64,000 nt of DNA from an uncultured Bdellovibrionales bacterium (GTDB lineage: Bacteria; Patescibacteriota; Minisyncoccia; Moranbacterales; UBA1568): positions 39,828 to 103,827 of the forward strand of contig CAZIZG010000001.1 of assembly GCA_964543815.1 (NCBI GenBank). The letters run 5' to 3'. Within the stretch, counting starts at the first letter, position 1. Every line of letters begins with the position of its first letter. A program made the position numbers and the translations under genes. Under the pieces are notes generated by a model. That model was given only the letters and a program-made list of their open reading frames with translations. It searched no databases and was not told the origin of the DNA. This document shows positions 57,542 to 64,000 of this stretch, piece after piece.

Positions 57542-58923
57542 GGTTCTGGATTTCTTACGTATATATCCTTCACGTCTTTAGCCTTAGTATACCACTCTGC
57601 GATATCAGGGTGTTTCATGTAGAGAAAAGAATTGGAGATAATTTTCGGCTTTTTTTCCCGAATGAGCCGATATGGTTCATACTCGTACGGTCGCAGGATT
57701 CGATACGAAGAAAGCACGCCCGTTTCCGGCTTCACCGAGAACCAGAAGTAGTCCAAATCATGTCGAAAAATGTTAAATTCAGCGTCTCCATCATAAACCA
57801 AATCATTTGGCGTAGTATGATCAAGCACATACTGCACCCTTTTAAGCTGTGAGGTATTATCCTCCCATTCACGCGCCATGGCATAGCCGGTACCACATAG
57901 GGAAACAACCACAAGAGCATACGCTCCATACTTCCATCTCTCAGAACTAAACAGACTCTTAAGTACCTGGGCAGCCACCAGTGCCACAAACGGCAGAGAC
58001 GGCAGATAGTACTGAGGAAACGGTGATTTGGTGGTAAAAATGAAGAGAAGTAATCCCAAGGCAAAATACACAAAAGGATTAAATACTCGCTTCCAAAGAC
58101 CCTTCCCAACCCCAATAGCAAATACCCCCCAAAGGACAGGGTTTTCCTGAAAAGATTGTTCAAGATACTGGGTAATAGGAAAAGTGTTTAAGAGATGCAT
58201 ATTGATTTCCCAATTCAAAAACAAATACTCTCGTAATCCAAACACCAAAGAAACAAAGAGAAGAGAGGACAAGAGAAGCCCACCAAGCACTCCAGAAAAA
58301 ATAAAAACCTCCCGCCAAGACATTTGTCTTCTTATGACTTGATAACAAAAGAGCACGGCAAAAAGAATCATCAGGAAGACCGCCTTCTGAAGAAAAAGAA
58401 ATGCCACAAAAACAGCCACCGCACTCAAAACAAGATCACGTATCTTCCGATTTCGAAAGTAGCGGAGCAACCAAAATACAGAAAGAAGCTCAAAAAAAAC
58501 AAGTGGCACATCCGGTCGAATTTCAATCGCCTTTTCAAAAAACGTGACTGTGGTAACGAGTAGAAGAACAGCCAGGAGCGCCGCGCATTTTCCCGATATC
58601 ATATGCGCTAAACGATAAACCGTCATAAGACTCCCCATGAAAAAACCAAGCGAAACGAAGCGAGCAGCAAAAATCACTGCTGTCCCCTCATTAAAAACCG
58701 AGAACAGTGGTGATAACAAAAAGTAGAGAAGAAAATGATGCTGCTGAAGAAAATCACGATAGATGAGTTCACCGGCATGAATTTTCCAAGCAGAATGGAG
58801 TGCTTCAAACTCATCGTGATCGAATTCACGAAAAAAAATACTCCCCAGAATAACGAAGGCCAAAATCAAAAAAATGCTGTACGGCCAACGCGGAACAACC
58901 CAGGTTTTCCAAATATGTTGCAT
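57538..58923 (-). CDS. polytopic membrane protein (putative GT-C glycosyltransferase)
   Basis: 461 aa with more than 10 TMs and a first loop 'FREFDHDEFEALH'. Its stop overlaps the start of the downstream GT2. Confidence 0.5.
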   Translation of the reverse strand: MQHIWKTWVVPRWPYSIFLILAFVILGSIFFREFDHDEFEALHSAWKIHAGELIYRDFLQQHHFLLYFLLSPLFSVFNEGTAVIFAARFVSLGFFMGSLMTVYRLAHMISGKCAALLAVLLLVTTVTFFEKAIEIRPDVPLVFFELLSVFWLLRYFRNRKIRDLVLSAVAVFVAFLFLQKAVFLMILFAVLFCYQVIRRQMSWREVFIFSGVLGGLLLSSLLFVSLVFGLREYLFLNWEINMHLLNTFPITQYLEQSFQENPVLWGVFAIGVGKGLWKRVFNPFVYFALGLLLFIFTTKSPFPQYYLPSLPFVALVAAQVLKSLFSSERWKYGAYALVVVSLCGTGYAMAREWEDNTSQLKRVQYVLDHTTPNDLVYDGDAEFNIFRHDLDYFWFSVKPETGVLSSYRILRPYEYEPYRLIREKKPKIISNSFLYMKHPDIAEWYTKAKDVKDIYVRNPEP

Positions 58924-59044
58924 GATTATATTTTAGCGCGAATAAGGGAAAATTCAATACCAGACGACCAAATAGCCCCTCTATCGATTAAGGCCAAAAT
59001 ATGTTACCCTGGGAGCAGCTTTAAATTTAAACTATCGTATTTTT

Positions 59045-59701
59045 ATGAGCACAGGGTCCCGAATAGATTTTTCCAAGGATGAAGTACTCCGTACCATCTA
59101 CCCCTACATCAAGAACAAAGACGTGCTCGATATCGGCTGCGTAGAGCACACTCTCAACGTCAAGCACAAAGAACGCATCTGGGTCCATGATTTCCTCAAG
59201 GAACACGCTCGATACGTCACTGGTATCGATATACAGCAAAAAGATATCGAGACACTGCAGAGCCAAGGATATGACGTCTCATGTCAAAACGCTGAGAATT
59301 TTCATTTCGAAAAAAAATTCGAGGTTATCTTTGCCGGTGAACTCATCGAACATTTGAACAACCCGGGGCTTTTCCTTGAAAACTGTCGCCAACACCTCAC
59401 TGAAAATGGGATGCTTATTGTTACGACACCAAACGCATTTAGTATCACTCGTTTCCTACACATCCTCAAGGACGGCACTAACGACCCGGTTGTCAACGAT
59501 GAGCATGCCTACTGGTTCTCCCCCACCGTATTACGACAACTCTTTGCTCGTTACGATCTGACTATCGAACACGCTCTGTATGCTCATTATCCACAGATTT
59601 CGCCCCGCTTCGAACATCGGATTATCAGTTTTCTGTGTGGTATTTTCGGAAAAAGATTCAAAGAGGTACTCATCGTCACAGCAAAGGTGGGCCAAAAGTA
59701 A
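59045..59701 (+). CDS. class I SAM-dependent methyltransferase
   Basis: Motif I 'VLDIGCVEH' and post-I 'IFAGELIEHL'. Confidence 0.7.
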   Translation: MSTGSRIDFSKDEVLRTIYPYIKNKDVLDIGCVEHTLNVKHKERIWVHDFLKEHARYVTGIDIQQKDIETLQSQGYDVSCQNAENFHFEKKFEVIFAGELIEHLNNPGLFLENCRQHLTENGMLIVTTPNAFSITRFLHILKDGTNDPVVNDEHAYWFSPTVLRQLFARYDLTIEHALYAHYPQISPRFEHRIISFLCGIFGKRFKEVLIVTAKVGQK

Positions 59702-59707
59702 TAAACG

Positions 59708-60100
59708 CTACTTTTTTGCACTCTTTCTCTCACGTTCCTCAAGGATGGCTCGCAGTACAGCCATGCCGAAGAAATAGTACGCGTAGACAGCGAACTCCTC
59801 AGCTTGTTCGGGGCGTTTAAAAAAAAGCAGGAGCGGAACGAATGAGAAAAAAATCAAAGTTATCAATGCTAAGTAACGACTGGCGATTGGTCCAAGGAGC
59901 GACCAGAGAAAAAAAAGGAACAAGAGAATTTCAACCGCCGTCCAATTAAAATAGAGACCAAGGCCAAGGCCAATCACGAGGTAGAGTCCCTCCCATTTCT
60001 TGGAAAGAATTTCTGATTGAAACTGTGCAAAATTGAATTTTGACTGATTCATACTCTTTTTGCCATGTGTGTAAATTGTTAGCGTTCCTTCTTTCTGCAT
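59708..60100 (-). CDS. small membrane protein
   Basis: 130 aa with three hydrophobic helices. Confidence 0.4.
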   Translation of the reverse strand: MQKEGTLTIYTHGKKSMNQSKFNFAQFQSEILSKKWEGLYLVIGLGLGLYFNWTAVEILLFLFFLWSLLGPIASRYLALITLIFFSFVPLLLFFKRPEQAEEFAVYAYYFFGMAVLRAILEERERKSAKK

Positions 60101-62256
60101 ACCCTATATAGCCCTAAACAAACTGCGATGAAGGCAAGACCAGAGACAAACTCTCCAATAGCCAAGTAACGCTCGGGAATAAAATAAAGTACTATACTGC
60201 CACCCTCTAGATTGCGATCAATTTCCCAAGCATTAGCATAGCGTACCGACCAATCGCGATTGAGAGACACGATGTCCCCTGTATCAGATCGATACTCTGC
60301 CTGCCACAGTGGGTCAAATCGTTCACTCTGAAAAATGGTTTGTCCAACCTGAATTTTTTTTACCGGAAGTTGGAGACGCTGCTTATTCATTCTCACAAAA
60401 GGTATGGCTCTTTGGTCTTGCCAAAGCATCTCCGCTCCCTCAGTTATCAATTCCGATGTCAGCACTACCGATGGCACTTTTGATACCTGATACACTGGAG
60501 GAAACAACCGATTTTGAGCAAGCCGATACAGCGTAATCGTATCAGTATCAGCTACACGTACCAGTTCTCCCGACTGTTCGAGTGAGTTAATAGCGTCTTG
60601 AAAATCAGCGAGACTCTCAGATTTAACATCCCTCTGATACAAAACGTACTTCACTCCCAATAACCCATAGAGATGTGTAATCCAACGAGGGTCTCCTTCC
60701 CTCTCAAAATCTTTTCCAAATTGCCAGTCAGGCAAATACCTATCGTACGTCTCAAGAAATGAATGGCGTGACAGAGCGTGCATCGGGTGTGGACCATTTA
60801 CTTTCCAGGCAGGCAGACTCACTCTGCCCACACTTGAACCTGGTGAATACGGGAGCATCGCTATTTTGAATTCGTCACTATCCTGATTGAGAATATCAGC
60901 GATAAGAAAATAATCATCCGGAATCTTTACCAGGGCACTCTGTTTGGCAAGTTCAAAGTTTTTCGCTTTCTGTCCTGAAAGGATATAGCTCAGTTTTGTC
61001 TGTATGCCACCTCCAAAAAACGGCAGGCCGCAAGCGAAAACCACCAAACCAAAGAAGAGGAGCATGTGTCTGAAATATTTTCTTCCCTCCCAGACTAAAA
61101 AGGAAATCAAAAGTAGGACGCTCATTATAAACGGGACAAAGGTCGCCATCTTATCCCAACCACGCAAAGTATTCATTCCAGGCAATTCAAAAAGAAAAGC
61201 ATTAAGCATCTCGAATGGAAAACGCACTCGTGCTACCAGAATAATAAACACGAGGAGTATCAATGAAAAAACCACCCTGTACCTTCGGTGCGATTGCTCC
61301 TTTGGATACCAGAGCCAACTCAATAACACCAACAGAAACGGAACAAAAGTAAGAATAATAATACCTGACTTAAGAAACACCAGGATGGGATAGGGAAAAT
61401 TACTTGGAAAATACTTGCTTTGTTCACTCGTGGGCAGAAGTCGTACTGTATCAAACACAGCATTTGAGGTCTTTCTCAATCGCTCACCCAAATCGACATA
61501 CTCCGAAGTATACACATTCTCAATACCAGAACGCATCTGAGGGAAAAGCGGAAAGAGCCAATACAGATTGAGCACCACAGCTCCAATACCAACCAAAAGC
61601 AAACGACGGAGCAATGCCCCATCACAAGGAACCAAATGAAAAGCCACGACACTTATTGTCAGAAAGAAAAAATAAATTCCTAAAGCAAGGGCAAATGCTG
61701 GATTTCCAAAACTGCCCGAAGCACAAAAAACAGTAAACAAAAACCACAAAAGCATTCGATAGCTCTTTCGTTCACTCAAAGAACGTAGGTACAACGCCGT
61801 CAGAACAGGAATAAAAATGTAGATAACCTGATAGTGTGAGTATCCCCAAGTAGCCGTAAAAACATACAGGGTAAATGGATTCAAGGCATAGAAAAGCGCC
61901 ACCAAAAATCTAACCAAACGAGAAGTGGCTGGAAATAGAATTTGCACAAAGATAAGAAACGAGCTATAAGCACCTACCAAAAACAAACCCAGATACCAGG
62001 TAATTTGAGTCGTATTAGAGATTCCGATACGATCAAGAAAATAAAAGAGGCTATAGAACAGAGAAACACGGCCAGACCAATCATAATGAAACTGAAAAAA
62101 ACGCTCCGCCATATTAATGGGCTGCAGAATGTCAGCTCCAAGTATGATATGACCGTCAGGAAATCGATTCACATAGAGTACTCCGAGCAAAATAAAAAAT
62201 CCCAATCCCTCCCAGGAAATCATACGGCGAAAGATTTCTTGTATTCGCTCAATCAT
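60079..62256 (-). CDS. large polytopic membrane protein (GT-C/polymerase-like?)
   Basis: 725 aa with more than 12 TMs and a large C-terminal extracytoplasmic domain. Confidence 0.5.
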   Translation of the reverse strand: MIERIQEIFRRMISWEGLGFFILLGVLYVNRFPDGHIILGADILQPINMAERFFQFHYDWSGRVSLFYSLFYFLDRIGISNTTQITWYLGLFLVGAYSSFLIFVQILFPATSRLVRFLVALFYALNPFTLYVFTATWGYSHYQVIYIFIPVLTALYLRSLSERKSYRMLLWFLFTVFCASGSFGNPAFALALGIYFFFLTISVVAFHLVPCDGALLRRLLLVGIGAVVLNLYWLFPLFPQMRSGIENVYTSEYVDLGERLRKTSNAVFDTVRLLPTSEQSKYFPSNFPYPILVFLKSGIIILTFVPFLLVLLSWLWYPKEQSHRRYRVVFSLILLVFIILVARVRFPFEMLNAFLFELPGMNTLRGWDKMATFVPFIMSVLLLISFLVWEGRKYFRHMLLFFGLVVFACGLPFFGGGIQTKLSYILSGQKAKNFELAKQSALVKIPDDYFLIADILNQDSDEFKIAMLPYSPGSSVGRVSLPAWKVNGPHPMHALSRHSFLETYDRYLPDWQFGKDFEREGDPRWITHLYGLLGVKYVLYQRDVKSESLADFQDAINSLEQSGELVRVADTDTITLYRLAQNRLFPPVYQVSKVPSVVLTSELITEGAEMLWQDQRAIPFVRMNKQRLQLPVKKIQVGQTIFQSERFDPLWQAEYRSDTGDIVSLNRDWSVRYANAWEIDRNLEGGSIVLYFIPERYLAIGEFVSGLAFIAVCLGLYRVCRKKER

Positions 62257-63674
62257 AAATGTTTGCTTTTACTGATTCTAGCATGAACGTTCAGCTGTTC
62301 GAGCGAAAATGACCCTGTCTTTTTCTCATCTCCGATGTAACGTATTCGCACAAAAACAACTCTCGTCTCCCGCGATCCAGAAAGGGACAGCCTAAATCGA
62401 TTGGGTTGGCCCGCATCACGTATCGTCAGTACGGGAAGCCAAGACGCATTATCATAGGAATACTCAAGCATCACATCATTCTTGGTGCTTCCTGATTGTG
62501 CCTCAAGAGCAAAGCGCTCGAATGGATACAGGGTATCAAATCGATAGGTAAAATACTCATCCTTTTTTCTAGCTCCAACGACTCGTTTCTTTTTCAAATC
62601 AAAGCGAACTTTTTGGCCCAAACTGTACAAGTTCAAAAAATCGTCTGGCTTGTTTTGGATACCAAATGAATAGATAAGCTCATTACCCACATCTTCGAGA
62701 CGTGCTGAATTGAGTATGAACCCTTCATTTTGAGCCATAAATACCCAATAAACTACAGCCGGTGAATTTTCATAGGCCTTAAGCAAAAGCGTGCTCAGCG
62801 ACACGTCTGGGGCTACTGTTTCAAAAACGAGTCGGTATCGTTCCCCTTTTTGAAGTGGGTAAAGAAGCGGCAATCGGTAGCCCCCCGTTGGCAATCGGGT
62901 ACGTAAACGTGCAGAAGTATCAAAAGTCGCTCGAACAAGGATGGTATCTGGCGACAAAGAGCGTTCCTTATACAAGGAAAAGTATCCCTCTATTTGAGAG
63001 AAATTTTCCGGGATACCAAGAGCTGATATCGCATCCCCTCGTGCCTCAAAGGACCAGGAAACCCCTGTCTTGCCACTGGTGGTATGCGACACCTCTGAGA
63101 GCGTCTCATTTCCTGAGGACGCTAATCCAAAGCGAGTTGGATGCAGCCGTCTCGCCAAAGCGGTACTCTCAATATCCAAACGAGTTGCGAAAATTGATGC
63201 CACATAAACCTGTGATTGTAACCATTGTGTCTGAACAGTGCTTGCCTTGGCATCATGGAGACGCAGTATCACGTCATCACTCCGACTTGGCACAGAAAAT
63301 ACCACTTCGTGATACAGCATATCCTTCGAAGGAATAAGAGTGATGCTTCCCACAATCATCCGCTCCCCTAGGGTCGATTGCAATATGACATCAACGGTCT
63401 GTTCTGTATGTGATTGAGCCACAAACCCCAGTCGAAAAACATCTCCATCCTTAGCCTGAATCAGATGTTCGTATACTTTTTCCGGGGTCAGCGTAGTCAG
63501 AGTTGGCTTCTCTGATATCGCATTCTCATCCTCTTGTTCCAATCGATTCTGATTCAATCCCTCATAGTTTAATATATGTCCCTGATAGAAAAAGACTGCG
63601 ACAAAAACCACCAGCATCAGACCAGAGGAACGCGGGATCGTCCACCATTTTTTCACATCAGAAAACCACATCAT
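62253..63674 (-). CDS. membrane-anchored extracytoplasmic hypothetical protein
   Basis: TM 'LMLVVFVAVFFY' followed by a soluble domain of about 430 aa. Start set at internal Met to remove a 95-bp overlap. Confidence 0.45.
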   Translation of the reverse strand: MMWFSDVKKWWTIPRSSGLMLVVFVAVFFYQGHILNYEGLNQNRLEQEDENAISEKPTLTTLTPEKVYEHLIQAKDGDVFRLGFVAQSHTEQTVDVILQSTLGERMIVGSITLIPSKDMLYHEVVFSVPSRSDDVILRLHDAKASTVQTQWLQSQVYVASIFATRLDIESTALARRLHPTRFGLASSGNETLSEVSHTTSGKTGVSWSFEARGDAISALGIPENFSQIEGYFSLYKERSLSPDTILVRATFDTSARLRTRLPTGGYRLPLLYPLQKGERYRLVFETVAPDVSLSTLLLKAYENSPAVVYWVFMAQNEGFILNSARLEDVGNELIYSFGIQNKPDDFLNLYSLGQKVRFDLKKKRVVGARKKDEYFTYRFDTLYPFERFALEAQSGSTKNDVMLEYSYDNASWLPVLTIRDAGQPNRFRLSLSGSRETRVVFVRIRYIGDEKKTGSFSLEQLNVHARISKSKHL

Positions 63675-63681
63675 ACGTTCG

Positions 63682-64000
63682 TCAATTTTTCTCCGGGAAC
63701 CGCTTCGTTGCTTCAAGAACAATATGAATAGAGAGGAGTGATCGCAAAAAAGGAAAGAGTTCTGCAAGTACTCCAAAAAGAAATAAGTTCATCGCCCCAT
63801 GAGATGCGCTCACGTGATATCCCGCGTTCGCAAGCAGTTGCCTAGCCGAAGCAAAAGTATAGAGATGCAGGTGTGTTCGATCCAACACCCCGTAATCCGT
63901 ATAGTTAAATTTTCCGAAAAGCAGGTTTAAACGCACCCTCCAAAGCGCAACATTAGGCAAAGATACAATAATTTTTCCCCCAGGCTTCAAAAATGATTGA
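63682..64000 (-). CDS. SAM-dependent methyltransferase, C-terminal part (gene runs off the window)
   Basis: 'KPGGKIIVSLPN' motif and a C-terminal fold. The N-terminus lies beyond 64000. Confidence 0.55.
   Translation of the reverse strand, partial: QSFLKPGGKIIVSLPNVALWRVRLNLLFGKFNYTDYGVLDRTHLHLYTFASARQLLANAGYHVSASHGAMNLFLFGVLAELFPFLRSLLSIHIVLEATKRFPEKN

Noticed and set aside
1-64000. CRISPR array, integrase, transposase or IS element
   Set aside because: No regular short direct repeats, no tyrosine or serine recombinase motifs, and no DDE transposase signatures were seen in any frame, including at the two tRNA-adjacent islands.
1-64000. Recoded UGA (genetic code 25 or 4)
   Set aside because: prfB is present and its frameshift site depends on UGA being a stop. 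Many genes end in TGA, including ATGA and TTGA overlaps with downstream starts.

Overview
This 64-kb window looks like a bacterial chromosomal segment with moderate GC (about 45-50%), interrupted by short blocks of about 60% GC. Gene content and envelope enzymes resemble a Patescibacteria/CPR-like or Gram-positive-type organism; this is inference. The left 26 kb holds housekeeping genes: prfB with the classic CTT-TGA-C +1 frameshift, ftsE-ftsX, tRNA-Thr(CGT), tRNA-Gln(CTG), gltX, an EnvC-like M23 peptidase, a priA whose helicase motifs I and II are degenerate, def-fmt, and a groES with no groEL beside it. Each tRNA has an atypical-GC island on its 3' side. Neither island has an integrase. The tRNA-Thr island carries a GNAT acetyltransferase, a thioredoxin-like ferredoxin and secreted or hypothetical proteins. 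The tRNA-Gln island carries an AT-rich secreted protein, an SRPBCC protein, a membrane protein with a tandem Cys4 repeat, a Cas4-like PD-(D/E)XK nuclease with an Fe-S Cys cluster, a lone GGDEF cyclase and two high-GC hypotheticals, and it ends in a 650-bp non-coding stretch with an 11-6-11 palindrome. The right 37 kb (about 26.8-64 kb) is one very large cell-envelope glycan locus. It contains at least five GT4 and five GT2 transferases (three of the polyprenyl-phosphate-sugar-synthase type), at least six GT-C-like (PMT/ArnT-like) polytopic membrane proteins, a Wzx flippase, an O-antigen-ligase/Wzy-like protein, an LCP ligase, a CtpA protease, two different nucleotide-sugar dehydrogenases, a UPF0104 flippase-like protein, SAM methyltransferases and a SpoT-like HD hydrolase. 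Unexpectedly, an rtcB RNA ligase and a Tmk/dNK-like P-loop kinase are translationally coupled to wzx inside this locus. Four small GC-rich mini-genes with strong Shine-Dalgarno sites, three of them with their own GC-rich terminator hairpin (the 45905 one has only a weak T-run candidate), lie between AT-richer genes. No CRISPR array, rRNA, integrase or transposase was seen. All product calls come from motifs read by eye; nothing was searched against databases.
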